From IMG/VR virus record IMGVR_UViG_3300036924_000004: DNA of 43,770 nucleotides, one strand, 5' to 3'. The notes under the pieces are model-generated. The model saw only the letters and a program-made list of their open reading frames with translations, had not been told where the DNA came from and made no database searches. A program made the position numbers and the translations under genes. The stretch comes from a virus. Positions 7,098-17,146 of the stretch are shown in pieces. Position 1 is the first letter of the stretch, and each line of letters starts with the position of its first letter.

Positions 7098-8205
7098 TCC
7101 TCGTCTCTTGGATTCTAAAAATTGTCTTGTCGTTGCCGTTTGTAATACCTGAGGTTCCGCCTACGTGCATCCTAATTTTCTGCCCCGCAGTAAGCTTTAA
7201 GTCCGGAATGGACACGATGCCAACCGACCCGCTAGCGCTGGTTGTTAGGGCGAAACCCTTTCTAGTAGCTATACTAGTTATATCTTGCACGTTGGTACTT
7301 AGCTCCGACGAGTCTACCGTTATACCGAAAAAATTCTCGGTCGTAGTCCGCTCTTGGTAGAAAACAGACGCTAAGCAAGACCTGTTGACTAGGATATAAT
7401 CGGCTTCCGTAGCCGTACGCGGAACATAAGCAAAAGCGTCCCCAAACTCGGTTGTAGCGTTAGTGAGACATCTTATTCGCGTTTCCCCGCTACTAGAGCC
7501 GCCAAAACCTAAACCAGTATCCAGCTCTATGAGACCACAAGGCGCGGGGTAGTTTAGTACAAGCCACTTAGTGCCGTTGCTACATAACGAGATAGAGTCA
7601 TTAATGTTAAAAAGCTGGACGTTGGTGCCGTCGTCTATGGTTCCGACAACTACGACTTTGCCAGTCCCCGAGTCAAGCTTTTTAATGTCTATTATCCGGT
7701 CGGTATTATTAGCCGCAGAAGGTAGTGTGGCGTTTAAGTCAGAAGCCCCGGTAGTAAACCCGGCTATCCTTATGTTATCTGTGTCGGTAAAGGTGTAGCT
7801 CGCGGACTTAGCCGAAAATATAGGCCGAAGCGAAGTTAATGGATACCAGGACGAGGCAACCGTAGGTAAATCCGTGTTGCTGTCTATTAGACTTCGATAT
7901 ACGGACCCGCTATAGCGTACCGTTGCACCTTTGCTGTATGAGAAAGGCGACCCGCCGTTATCGGAAGTAGTTATGAACTCAGGGTACCCGCTTTGCTGGT
8001 ACTGCTGTATTTCGGTTGTTATGTCCGATAACAACCTATTGTACTTTGCGCGTTCTACTCGCCGGGCGGTAGCCGTAGTCGTCGGGTTCTCTGAGTACTG
8101 CGCCCCGTACCCGGTTTCATAGGACACGCTTCCGTCTGAGGGGTCGTCTATTGGGACCGCAATCTTATCGCCGCCCTGGGCAAAGGTGCGTCTAAAATAT
8201 GTCAT
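7084..8205 (-). CDS. tail fibre / receptor-binding protein
   Basis: Last gene of the baseplate block; 373 aa, Ser/Thr/Gly/Asn-rich. Assignment is by position. Confidence 0.6.
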   Translation of the reverse strand: MTYFRRTFAQGGDKIAVPIDDPSDGSVSYETGYGAQYSENPTTTATARRVERAKYNRLLSDITTEIQQYQQSGYPEFITTSDNGGSPFSYSKGATVRYSGSVYRSLIDSNTDLPTVASSWYPLTSLRPIFSAKSASYTFTDTDNIRIAGFTTGASDLNATLPSAANNTDRIIDIKKLDSGTGKVVVVGTIDDGTNVQLFNINDSISLCSNGTKWLVLNYPAPCGLIELDTGLGFGGSSSGETRIRCLTNATTEFGDAFAYVPRTATEADYILVNRSCLASVFYQERTTTENFFGITVDSSELSTNVQDITSIATRKGFALTTSASGSVGIVSIPDLKLTAGQKIRMHVGGTSGITNGNDKTIFRIQETRRLGV

Positions 8206-8219
8206 GGCGAAAAACTCCT

Positions 8220-8915
8220 CTAGCTTAAAAAGCTGCCGTTATCAAAATTTAAGTTATAATCGTCGAACCCAAAGCCGCTAACGCCCGACCTAACAAAATT
8301 AGCCGCTACACCAGCTGGCCTTGGAAGTATGTCTATCTGCTCAAATAAGCCTAGCAGTAAATTTGCTACTGGTCCAACTGATACGTAGGTTATAGCCATG
8401 TTAAGCCCGTCTAGCACGTACAGCTCATTAGGGCCCAGCGCGTAGTTTAGAAAAGCATTTATCTCTGGCAGCGTACCGGTTGTAGTCATTTTAAAGTACT
8501 TAAGCTGGAGCAGCAAGCGCTTGGTGTCTCTCGGTAAACCAAATAGGCCCGTAGTATCTGTAGCGAAAAACCCGCCGTAGTCGCCAGACACGCTCTCAAA
8601 GGCTTGGACCGGAGACTCTTTGTCCGGGTCGCCTATCGTATCAAAGCCAAACGCTGGGGCCTCTGGCGGCGAAACATTAGACTCGCCGAATAGCGGGAAG
8701 TCAAGTATTTTCGCCCATACTGATAGCCCGAAGTCATTAGCCGTTTCTAGGTCAAAAACGTCAACTATCCAGTTCTCCCAAAACGCCGTATGGTTTTCTG
8801 CCAGCCAGGTGTTAGTATCTACTATAAGCTGCCTTATATTAGGCGACGAGTCGTACTGCCATAGTAAATGTCGCAGCAGGTCTACCGAAAAATCGAATGT
8901 CTCAATATTGCTCAT
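8220..8915 (-). CDS. baseplate/tail-fibre attachment protein
   Basis: Follows the J-like gene with overlapping stop/start. The N-terminal LLRHLLWQYDSSPNI motif recalls baseplate proteins of contractile phages. Confidence 0.5.
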   Translation of the reverse strand: MSNIETFDFSVDLLRHLLWQYDSSPNIRQLIVDTNTWLAENHTAFWENWIVDVFDLETANDFGLSVWAKILDFPLFGESNVSPPEAPAFGFDTIGDPDKESPVQAFESVSGDYGGFFATDTTGLFGLPRDTKRLLLQLKYFKMTTTGTLPEINAFLNYALGPNELYVLDGLNMAITYVSVGPVANLLLGLFEQIDILPRPAGVAANFVRSGVSGFGFDDYNLNFDNGSFLS

Positions 8916-10117
8916 ACTTGCACCACTGATACGTCGTCTGCGTCAATAGTAGCTACTTCGGATAAGGCTACCGAGTATGTATCTGTACTGTAGGTAGGCG
9001 ACATGTCAAACAACGCTACCTCTACCTTAGTGATTATAAGCTCAGGGGCCGCTCTAGCGCCAGCTCCCGCAAGCTCAAAAGGCGATACGTCAGCGCCTAT
9101 AGTTAAGCCGTTCTCACCGGACAGAAGCCCCGCAGCATAGTCTACGGCAGCCTGGGGTAAAACAACCGAGGGATCAGCGGCCTGTACACTGTCTGCGCGT
9201 ATAGTGAATCGGACAAGCATGCGCAACTCTGTAGGCCGGTCAAACTTAACGCTATATGTCTGGCCGCTGTATTGGTCAGTATAAGGCACCGTAGTGCCTC
9301 CGGACCAGCCTGAACCTATTGACTTACGCTCCACAAGAGCCTCAGCTACGTCGTTATCGTCTCCGCCGAGGACAACTATACGGATAGAGTTTCCGTCAAT
9401 TAATAGTCCGTCAATAGTGTCTTGGCTACCAGTTACATTTTCTCGGCCTTGCGCGTCCCTAACGTCGGTTACCGTTCGAACGTAAGATAGCACCGATGCT
9501 AATAGTGAAGTACTCTGTCTAAATAGCGTAGTCTTACGACGATTACGGCTAGCAGGGTCTGACTCAACTGCGGTACCTGGCGTAGCTGCTGCCGCGTTAG
9601 TAATGGTATCGAATCCAAGAACGCTGTCTACTATCTCGGTAAGCGTACCGGTTGCTGCGGGTACGGCGCCTATGTCTTCGGACTCGAAAAATACATTAAT
9701 GCTTCCGCCTAGCGGTATAGTGGCGGATTCTGCTGAGCGAAAGGTTACCGAGTCTGTTACGTTAGTCCGTGCCCTAGTACCTTGAGGGATAAATGTACCG
9801 GGAACCCCGGCTACCGTGGCTAAGACCTGGCTACGCGTCCCGCTTGTGCGCGAGCCGCCTGTCAGCTTCCATACGCCATCGAGGAATACGCCGCCCGCCT
9901 GGTCAGGATTAATCTGATTAGCAAGCTTAGCGTTGTTTCTAGCTACGGCTTCCCGGACTGCTACAAACACGTCGATAAGCGCGCCCTCGGGAGTCTCTGG
10001 GTCTACTACAAAGTCGTCACCGAAAATAGCCTTGAACTCAGCTACTACCAGGTCCCGTAAGTCTGCTACGTCGGGTACTATTACTCCACTGGACTGTATG
10101 TACTCAAATGACGCCAT
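8912..10117 (-). CDS. baseplate J-like protein
   Basis: 401 aa; N-terminal PETPEGALIDVFV...ANQINPDQAGGVFLD is typical of the Baseplate_J family. Position is after the gp25-like gene. Confidence 0.75.
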   Translation of the reverse strand: MASFEYIQSSGVIVPDVADLRDLVVAEFKAIFGDDFVVDPETPEGALIDVFVAVREAVARNNAKLANQINPDQAGGVFLDGVWKLTGGSRTSGTRSQVLATVAGVPGTFIPQGTRARTNVTDSVTFRSAESATIPLGGSINVFFESEDIGAVPAATGTLTEIVDSVLGFDTITNAAAATPGTAVESDPASRNRRKTTLFRQSTSLLASVLSYVRTVTDVRDAQGRENVTGSQDTIDGLLIDGNSIRIVVLGGDDNDVAEALVERKSIGSGWSGGTTVPYTDQYSGQTYSVKFDRPTELRMLVRFTIRADSVQAADPSVVLPQAAVDYAAGLLSGENGLTIGADVSPFELAGAGARAAPELIITKVEVALFDMSPTYSTDTYSVALSEVATIDADDVSVVQV

Positions 10118-10475
10118 CTAGGCTACCCCCTCCGCTTATAGTACCTTCGCCGTATATGGTAGATATCGTAAGCTGGTAGCTAAGGATACCGGACTCTAGA
10201 CTATAAGTAAAATCTGTAATAGACCTAACGCCAGCCACTTGGATGACTAGGCTTCTAACGTCAGCCTCGTACGCTGGGAGGTTAGGCGAACCCGTAAACA
10301 CCAGGCCAAAATAGTCAACGCCCTTAGTCCTATCGTAATAAACTTCCGTGAATCTAGTCTTTACGACATGCTCGCAATTTTGCAAAACAGCTTCTATGTC
10401 TCGGCGAATAGCTAACCGGTTAGTACTTGTGGCGTATATATCGTTATTTTCGTTAACAGCAAATATACCTGGCAT
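10104..10475 (-). CDS. baseplate wedge protein (gp25/W-like)
   Basis: 123 aa, located between the spike and J-like genes. Confidence 0.5.
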   Translation of the reverse strand: MPGIFAVNENNDIYATSTNRLAIRRDIEAVLQNCEHVVKTRFTEVYYDRTKGVDYFGLVFTGSPNLPAYEADVRSLVIQVAGVRSITDFTYSLESGILSYQLTISTIYGEGTISGGGSLDGVI

Positions 10476-10487
10476 AGGCCCTCCTTG

Positions 10488-11192
10488 TTACGTACCGGGG
10501 GTAGGCGAATTAGTTGGCGTGCCCGGTAAGAAGCTAACGTGCACGTGAGTCGATAAGCCTACAGCTAACCCGCTTTCCTTAGCGACTACTTCGGTTTTTC
10601 CCGTCACAGTGCCGTCGCTTGTTATGTCCCCGGTAGCTGTTACCGCGCCGGTTATGGACACATCGCCCTCATATTTTAGCACTGCGGCCTTTAGGGTTAT
10701 CTCTCCGTCTTTCATCGCGAACTTAGTGGCGCCGTCGGTGCTCTGTATTACTAGCGAGTTGGCATCCGCTGACGCGATATCATAAGCGCGTATAACGTCG
10801 GGTATGAAAACTGCGTCTTCGAAAGAATGCATCCGCTTAGTATTAGGCTTAGACTCCGTTAGCGACTGTAAAAACAGGCTTATGTCTCGGTCGGAGGCCT
10901 TAACCCATCCAAGATCGCCAGCGGCTAGCGGAAAGCTAATAAAAAACCCGCCGCCGCCCAGCCTAAGAACCGGGATGCTTGGGATAGAAGCCCTGGATAT
11001 GACAGACTTGCCGGTGGTAACCAGAGATATCATCGGCCGCACTTTAACGCGGTTCGTTTCCCGGTCGTGCGCCTCGACTATAGCCGGCAGCATATCGTCT
11101 AGGCCCTGGCTGTGCTTTCTTAGTATCTCGCGGAGAACCCCGGCTAGGGTATCATCGTTAGCCGCGCCCCTTGAAGGAATAGCGTCCACCAT
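10488..11192 (-). CDS. baseplate central spike (gpV / gp5 OB-fold type)
   Basis: PAIVEAHDRETNRVKVRP...IPVLRLGGGGFFISFPLAAGDLGWVKASDRDISLF matches the spike N-terminal OB-fold pattern. The C-terminal STHVHV motif fits a spike tip. Confidence 0.7.
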   Translation of the reverse strand: MVDAIPSRGAANDDTLAGVLREILRKHSQGLDDMLPAIVEAHDRETNRVKVRPMISLVTTGKSVISRASIPSIPVLRLGGGGFFISFPLAAGDLGWVKASDRDISLFLQSLTESKPNTKRMHSFEDAVFIPDVIRAYDIASADANSLVIQSTDGATKFAMKDGEITLKAAVLKYEGDVSITGAVTATGDITSDGTVTGKTEVVAKESGLAVGLSTHVHVSFLPGTPTNSPTPGT

Positions 11193-11196
11193 AACC

Positions 11197-12084
11197 TTAG
11201 TCCTCCAATCGCTGGCAATCAGCTATATAGTAGAACGGTACGTCTCGATTTGATAAGCTGTACGACAACTTGTATATCTTATAGCGTCCATTAGCTGAGG
11301 GGTACCTAGTGCTAGTGATATCTAATAGCCCGCCTATGGCTGTCTGCGAGTCCCATAGCATAGTAACCTGGACCCCGCGCTCGGTAGCTTTAGGTATTCC
11401 TATCATTCCATTTTCAGCGTTAAGCGTCCTAACTCGGCCCCTAACTGTACTGTTACTGTCTATAACGTGAAGTACGTCGCCGTCGACAAAGGCATTATAC
11501 TCTCCGTGCTCATTTAGCTTGTCTACCTGCTTTAGCGATGCTCCGGTAAAGGAGTAATTAGCAACCGATTTATCAGTGGCGCCAAAGTCTAACGTTAGGC
11601 CAAGAGACTCTGCTATCTTACTCGCTATTCGGCTTACCGGGGAACTGTCAGTCTCTGTTACGGCTACGATCTTTCCGGCGTTGAATATACCCGTCTTAGC
11701 CTGTATAGTAAGGACCTTGTCAGGACCGTCAGATATCGTAGCAAACATTATATCGCCTTTGTACAGCAGGGTCGTGCCGGTTGACTCTCTGCCCACAAGT
11801 ACCGATACGCTTTTGCGTTTAAGTACCCCGGTCTGCGTCACCCGTCTTGCTACGTTGAACGGCGTCCCCTCGCGTAGTATGTAGTCGCTCTTATCTTTAG
11901 TCATGTTGGCTATAGATATAGTGCAGTCTCCTTTTATAGCGTTGGTAAACTTTGTGCCCTGCACGGTTATAGCCAGGTTCTCAAAAGTTACAATGCGACC
12001 GGGAAGCTCCACAGACACTTTTATTACCCTACCGTCTATAGGCGTGAACTGGCGCTTTAGGCTAGACTCTAGCGGGCTAGGCAT
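11197..12084 (-). CDS. baseplate hub / tail protein (gpD- or Mu P-like)
   Basis: 295 aa, immediately upstream of the spike gene. Assignment is by position. Confidence 0.45.
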   Translation of the reverse strand: MPSPLESSLKRQFTPIDGRVIKVSVELPGRIVTFENLAITVQGTKFTNAIKGDCTISIANMTKDKSDYILREGTPFNVARRVTQTGVLKRKSVSVLVGRESTGTTLLYKGDIMFATISDGPDKVLTIQAKTGIFNAGKIVAVTETDSSPVSRIASKIAESLGLTLDFGATDKSVANYSFTGASLKQVDKLNEHGEYNAFVDGDVLHVIDSNSTVRGRVRTLNAENGMIGIPKATERGVQVTMLWDSQTAIGGLLDITSTRYPSANGRYKIYKLSYSLSNRDVPFYYIADCQRLED

Positions 12085-12400
12085 CTCTAAGCTCCTCTAG
12101 CTCGGCTTGCGTAAAGTACATTAAAGTAAACGCCTCCCCGAAATGGTCGTAGTATGGAAGCTCGTCTTGAGAAGCAGCGTCGGCGATGAATATAAGGTTA
12201 CCTTTCTCCAAGTAAGTAAAAGGTATAAGCGGGACGCCGGATAAGACCCGCATATTCTGAATGACTACCTCGTCGTCTACTGTGATACTCGCTGACATAA
12301 GGTCGTCTAGAGCTTTTAGCTGAATATCGAATATGTACCCGTCTAAGTTTACAGACAGGGATTGGTTAGGCGTCTGGTTCAAAGGTATAATAACGCTCAT
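12077..12400 (-). CDS. tail/baseplate assembly protein, unknown
   Basis: 107 aa ORF in operon register with overlapping stop/start. Confidence 0.5.
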   Translation of the reverse strand: MSVIIPLNQTPNQSLSVNLDGYIFDIQLKALDDLMSASITVDDEVVIQNMRVLSGVPLIPFTYLEKGNLIFIADAASQDELPYYDHFGEAFTLMYFTQAELEELRDA

Positions 12401-12403
12401 GTC

Positions 12404-13009
12404 TTACCCTCCACCAAACAGTCTAAACAGAGTCGAGCCGCTGTTAGCCTGAGATGCCGTAGCCGTTGATGTCTGCTGCAACCCGCGAGATACCGTGGAC
12501 TGGTCTTTTACGTCTGTTACCTGAGTCTCGCCTAAGACCTGTATGTCAGAGGCGAAAAACTGCACTTCCCGGAAACTAAGGACCATAGTTATCGTATCAA
12601 AAAGCTCAGGGTCCTCCTCGTGGGGCATCTCTTGAATAAATTGATTAGGGTACAGGTCTGTCTTAGTTTGAACCGTGAACCTTATACCGAGTAAGTAAGC
12701 TACTTTTATCAGGGCATATGTCTTTTTATAGTCCTCAGGCTTTAGTATAAAAGCTATTTCAAGCTCTACCGGCCTCACTATCTTATGATCGGTTACTTCC
12801 GAACCCTCCTCTAGTGGGTGGGTCATGAAATCCGAGTACTCTCTTACGCGTACCGACATAGGGCGTGCACTAGCGAATACCTGTATCGGTACAAACCCCG
12901 GTATGCTTAGGAAGCTAGGCGCTCCTGGAATCGGTATCGACCTAGTACCTGGAAATATGGCTACCGCGTCTTGGGAGAACGTTGGTAGCGCTGAGTTTAA
13001 TAGCGTCAT
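12404..13009 (-). CDS. tail protein following the tape measure, unknown
   Basis: 201 aa; its start overlaps the TMP stop. Confidence 0.5.
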   Translation of the reverse strand: MTLLNSALPTFSQDAVAIFPGTRSIPIPGAPSFLSIPGFVPIQVFASARPMSVRVREYSDFMTHPLEEGSEVTDHKIVRPVELEIAFILKPEDYKKTYALIKVAYLLGIRFTVQTKTDLYPNQFIQEMPHEEDPELFDTITMVLSFREVQFFASDIQVLGETQVTDVKDQSTVSRGLQQTSTATASQANSGSTLFRLFGGG

Positions 13010-14607
13010 ATCTCTACCCCATCGTCAAACTCGGTTACCGCGCTGCGTAGTTGACCGCTGAGAGCGTCTTTTGACCGCGCGGCTATGTCCTTAGAGTCTC
13101 CGCCGCGTGCGTCAACGTTCATCGCGCCTATAGATACAGAAGTGTTTCTCGTGCGGGTACTAGTAAGGCTACTAGACGTTTGCGCACCGAGGGGACTCGC
13201 CGCGGCCGTTGCTAAAGCCCCTTGACCGGCTATCATGTTATCAGCTATACCGCTGTCCGTGCCTCCAAATAAGCTTCCGATCCCTGGAATAGCCTCCACG
13301 ATACCTGAGAATATGCCGGAGAAAACTTTCTTTAAAACGTCTACTATAGCGGTGAATTTCTCCTTTAGCGTTTCAAGCCCAGCGTCTATATTTTCACTGG
13401 AAAAAACCTCTGTCCATATATCAGATACGGCCTTACCTATATCCTTAAATATACCTATAATAGCTATTGTTAGCCGCTTGAAACCCCCCTCAACGTCGTC
13501 GGGTATACTCTTGAGTATCTCCCACACTTCGGACGCCTTAGCTTTAACGTAGTCCCAAGCGTCACCGAAGCCCTTTATAATGTCGTTAAGCACCGGGTAC
13601 TTTTCTATCATTTCGCCGATAAGGGAGTCTTGGCCGTTTCTAAAAGCCTGAATGTCTTCATATATTAGGGCAAAAGCCGCGCCTATGGCAAGAACCCCAG
13701 CGGTGACTAGCGCGGCCGTAGCTATAAGCCCGGCAAAAGGGAGGAGTAGCGCGGCTACGACTACGCCTATGCCTATGAAAAAGCCAGTAACAAGCTCTTT
13801 ATTTTCCTTGGCGAAGTCAATTATGGACTTAAGCCCGTCGAGGAAAAACTTGAAGTATGGGAGGACAGAGGTAGCTATAGTCGTGACTACGTTGCTAAAG
13901 ATCTTCTTTACGTCAGCCATTTGGTCATTGAAATCCGCGGCGGCCTTAGCATCCTTCTCATTAACCGTACCGAGTTCCCTTTGAGCCCGTATTATCTTTT
14001 CGACCTCTCCTCGGCCCTGCTGCAAGAGCAATATAGTGCCTTGGTCTAGCCCCAGCTTCTCGGCTATCTCAGCACTCTGGACGGCGGATAACCCGTCTAG
14101 CCTATCGGCTATATCAGGCAGTATGTCTAAGGCATCTTTTACGTTTCCCTGCTCGTCAAAAGCCGCGATACCGAGCTGTCCGAAAAGGTCGGCTAAGCCG
14201 CCGGTTCCTGTTCTAGCGAACTCAGCTAAGTTAGTCGACAAGCCCGCTAGCGTAGACTGGAACCCTTGAACAGACCCCCCGGTACGCACAACGGCTTGGC
14301 CCCACGCGTCAACTTCAGAGACGTTAAGGCCTAACCGCTGGGAAAACTTACCGAGTTCGTCTACGCTTTTAGCATTACCTATAAGCGCAGCGCTAAGCCC
14401 GCCAAGCCCTACAAGCGCGACTAGAGCGCCTTTAGCTGACGATACCGTGTCTAGGAAAGACTTTCCTAGCTCCTTAGACTGTTCATCGGTTTTCTTGGTG
14501 GCCTTTCCTAGGTCTTCGGTCTTCTTTTCAGCGTCGTCTAAACCCTCTTCTAGATTTGACGTATCGGCCTCGAAGAGGTAGACGAAAGATTCTAATAGAC
14601 TAGCCAC
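13006..14607 (-). CDS. tail tape measure protein
   Basis: 533 aa, helical Ala/Gly/Leu-rich with a central hydrophobic block (FFIGIGVVVAALLLPFAGLIATAALV). Follows the chaperone gene. GTG start after AAGAGG. Confidence 0.85.
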   Translation of the reverse strand: MASLLESFVYLFEADTSNLEEGLDDAEKKTEDLGKATKKTDEQSKELGKSFLDTVSSAKGALVALVGLGGLSAALIGNAKSVDELGKFSQRLGLNVSEVDAWGQAVVRTGGSVQGFQSTLAGLSTNLAEFARTGTGGLADLFGQLGIAAFDEQGNVKDALDILPDIADRLDGLSAVQSAEIAEKLGLDQGTILLLQQGRGEVEKIIRAQRELGTVNEKDAKAAADFNDQMADVKKIFSNVVTTIATSVLPYFKFFLDGLKSIIDFAKENKELVTGFFIGIGVVVAALLLPFAGLIATAALVTAGVLAIGAAFALIYEDIQAFRNGQDSLIGEMIEKYPVLNDIIKGFGDAWDYVKAKASEVWEILKSIPDDVEGGFKRLTIAIIGIFKDIGKAVSDIWTEVFSSENIDAGLETLKEKFTAIVDVLKKVFSGIFSGIVEAIPGIGSLFGGTDSGIADNMIAGQGALATAAASPLGAQTSSSLTSTRTRNTSVSIGAMNVDARGGDSKDIAARSKDALSGQLRSAVTEFDDGVEI

Positions 14608-14610
14608 TGT

Positions 14611-15161
14611 TTACCTCTTTTTGTTAGCTGCTTCTACGGCAAGGTACTCGTTTATTCTGGGGATCATTATAGCCTCCCAGATAACTAGCGCGTCTTCGAG
14701 CGAGTAGTCTTCTTGGAGTTCTTTGAGCGAGGCTTTTCCTGACGCGAGTATCGTTCCAATGAATCCGTCAATGTTTTCGAAATCCACTCCGTCACCTCGG
14801 TTTTTAACCCGCTTAAGAGCTCTGAGGCCTTGCCACTTGCTAAAAAATTTGTATTATACTCAAGCATAGCCATCTCAAGCTTACCGAGCATTTGCCAGTC
14901 GGTAACGTGGTTATCGACTAGCGCTTTAGTCCTTAGCATAGTCAGCTTGTTGGGGTCACTACTGTCTAGCTTAACACCAACGTAGGCTAGCATCTTATAA
15001 GACACCTCCTCGTTAACCTCGTAGTCTCCTAGCTTAGGCAGGGATGAAATAGGGTACTTAGCCACTACTTCGCGCCCAACCGTTGCCGGTAGTCTATGAA
15101 TAACAAAGGTCCTAGTTTCGCCGTCTAGACCGGTTATCTCAACTTCTTTAGGTTTTATCAT
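14611..15161 (-). CDS. tail assembly chaperone, -1 frameshifted long form
   Basis: After T TTT TTA (14847-14841) the -1 frame is open for 76 codons (SKWQGLRALKRV...SLEDALVIWEAIMIPRINEYLAVEAANKKR) to TAA 14613-14611. That frame opens just after a TAA immediately upstream of the slip site. Confidence 0.6.
14685..15161 (-). CDS. tail assembly chaperone (zero-frame product)
   Basis: 158 aa, between the tube and tape measure genes. Contains a slippery site at 14847-14841. Confidence 0.7.
   Translation of the reverse strand: MIKPKEVEITGLDGETRTFVIHRLPATVGREVVAKYPISSLPKLGDYEVNEEVSYKMLAYVGVKLDSSDPNKLTMLRTKALVDNHVTDWQMLGKLEMAMLEYNTNFLASGKASELLSGLKTEVTEWISKTLTDSLERYSRQEKPRSKNSKKTTRSKTR
14841..14847 (-). 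other. putative -1 programmed ribosomal frameshift heptamer T TTT TTA
   Basis: The zero-frame codons TTT (14846-14844) and TTA (14843-14841) were verified from the start at 15161. Confidence 0.6.
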
Positions 15162-15178
15162 AGGCTGTTTTCTCCCTA

Positions 15179-15625
15179 TTAGGTTTTAGAGACACTCTCA
15201 AAGTTGAACACGTAAGCGTTAGTTTTAAGCCTACCGGCGCTTGCCAGAGACGGTGCAACGGGACCGCTCATAAGCACTCCCGAAGACAAGGTGACTACCG
15301 TTCCGTCTGGATAGGCAACGTTTATAGTTATATCGTCTTTAGCAACGACCTTACCGCGTGCGTTGCGGTTAGCCTCGTGAAGTATAGACAAGTTAACGTC
15401 GTCGTCTGAGTTAGGTATCACGTTTAACGTTATCGCGATAGGCGTAGCTACGCCCCACCGAATCAAGTCTCCGTTAACACCCATAGCCGTGTTAGCTATA
15501 TCTATAGCCGGTATATCGAACGGGTCAGCGTCGTCAGCGAACTGCGATAAGTCCACGCCTGAGGGGAAAGTTCCGCTAGCTGTTAGCGTAACCACTGCCC
15601 CGAAGCCAGTAACGTCGAAAGACAT
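15179..15625 (-). CDS. tail tube protein
   Basis: 148 aa, directly downstream of the sheath gene. Confidence 0.65.
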   Translation of the reverse strand: MSFDVTGFGAVVTLTASGTFPSGVDLSQFADDADPFDIPAIDIANTAMGVNGDLIRWGVATPIAITLNVIPNSDDDVNLSILHEANRNARGKVVAKDDITINVAYPDGTVVTLSSGVLMSGPVAPSLASAGRLKTNAYVFNFESVSKT

Positions 15626-15638
15626 AGGATTTACCTCC

Positions 15639-17129
15639 TTAAATTAAAGCGTGCTGGCCGTTAACGGCGCGTATAACATCGTCTTTTGAGTATATTAAAA
15701 TGTAGCTTGCTGTCCCCGCTACTGCGTCCACAGAGGCGTTAAGCCAGAAACCGCTTGTAGCTACCTGATACCAAGCGTTGCTGTCCCCCGACAAGTCCGC
15801 TATAGCTATTTTTTGTATCTCTGTTAGCGTCTTTCCAGGAGAGATAGTGCCATTCGTCAAGGCGCTAGTGACCACGCCGCGGATAACACGTATCAGCTTA
15901 TTGCGGCCCTCGGCGTTGGCTGAGAGCTTGTCAAGAGCTAACAGCAAATTAAAGATACTGGTATCAACAGCGTCTTTAAGCCATTGCTCGTTGGCGAAGG
16001 TGTTCATATTGACTATGTCGTTCCCTTGCCCGGTAAGTACTCCGCGCTGATAAAAGCTCAGCGTTGTCCCGCCAGTCTGTGTCTGCCCGATATAGTTTAC
16101 CTTAGCCGCGTCGTAAGTATCCGCGTCGGTATCTGAGGAGACAGTAGGCGTTAAGCTCGCTTGCTGAAACATATAGTTCTTTACAGCGTTAGCTGCACCG
16201 TAGTTAGTCGAGGCAAGAACCGCCATGGGCAGTACTTCTGGGTACTCTTCGGTAAGCGTACTTAGCCGCAAAGTAACGCCGTTACCTGCTAGCGTACCGA
16301 TAGACGCCATTACCGTTGAATAGTTTGACGCTGTTACCGCTACGTGGTACTGATACAGAACATTGTTTCCGTCGTTCCAGGTAGCCGCCTCGATTATTTC
16401 GCTGTCGGACAAAGCCGCGCTGTACAAAAAGGCGAAAGAGCCAAAGTTGTTATTACTTGCGGTACTCGCGGCCAGGACTTCGGTGATCGTTTGCGCGTCA
16501 AGGCCCTCAGATATTATAGCCCCTGTAGCCGACGTCCAAGCGAGAAGCGTGTCCAGGCCCGTCGAACTCGATAGCACTATAACCTCGTCTCCTGTTTCGC
16601 CAGAAGTGAACGTAAACCGCCCGTTAGCCGCGTCCCAGGTGACTACGCACGATGCAAAAGAAGCGTCTACATTGGCGGCTCTTATAGCTACTTGTAAAGC
16701 CGCGGCTACTTCAGTTAAGCTCGTTTCGCTGCTAAGGTCTATACTGGATATGACCTCGGTATCAGCGCCTAGCGTCAGCGTGATAGCTCCAGCCGTAACG
16801 GCCTGTAGATCCGCCAAGGTAGACGTAAACGTTCCGCCTAGGATGTACGCCGCTATAGCCGTGTCTACCCACCTAGCAAAGCTTACCTTGTTTGGCTTAG
16901 TTAGGCTCTTAGATATGAAGCCGAAGTAAAAAGCCGCTCGCTTATACTCTTCGCTAGAACTGCCGAACCGAGTTAAGACCGCGTCGGCACTTGAGAACTC
17001 AGCTATTCCGTTCGCTGGTACCTCTGAGCTAGTGGTAAAAAACCGGCCTATTAGCTCTCGCCTTGTTACAGCGGTGCCTACCCCTAGGGCGCTAACGGTA
17101 GATACGTACCGGGTTATTGGGATGCTCAT
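15639..17129 (-). CDS. contractile tail sheath protein
   Basis: 496 aa, in the order neck genes - this gene - tube - chaperone - TMP. Confidence 0.75.
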   Translation of the reverse strand: MSIPITRYVSTVSALGVGTAVTRRELIGRFFTTSSEVPANGIAEFSSADAVLTRFGSSSEEYKRAAFYFGFISKSLTKPNKVSFARWVDTAIAAYILGGTFTSTLADLQAVTAGAITLTLGADTEVISSIDLSSETSLTEVAAALQVAIRAANVDASFASCVVTWDAANGRFTFTSGETGDEVIVLSSSTGLDTLLAWTSATGAIISEGLDAQTITEVLAASTASNNNFGSFAFLYSAALSDSEIIEAATWNDGNNVLYQYHVAVTASNYSTVMASIGTLAGNGVTLRLSTLTEEYPEVLPMAVLASTNYGAANAVKNYMFQQASLTPTVSSDTDADTYDAAKVNYIGQTQTGGTTLSFYQRGVLTGQGNDIVNMNTFANEQWLKDAVDTSIFNLLLALDKLSANAEGRNKLIRVIRGVVTSALTNGTISPGKTLTEIQKIAIADLSGDSNAWYQVATSGFWLNASVDAVAGTASYILIYSKDDVIRAVNGQHALI

Positions 17130-17146
17130 TTGCTAATCTCCTTTGA

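Noticed and set aside
7084-8205. Diversity-generating retroelement targeting the tail fibre
   Set aside because: No reverse transcriptase gene is present, and I could see no template/variable repeat pair near the fibre C-terminus.
16363-16929. Long ORFs antisense to structural genes (16363..16929, 10804..11253, 13235..13552, 13652..13984, 8620..8949, 24823..25125 and similar track entries)
   Set aside because: They lie entirely inside well-supported - strand genes and lack RBS motifs. Their Ser/Pro/Thr/Ala-rich compositions are typical of shadow frames.
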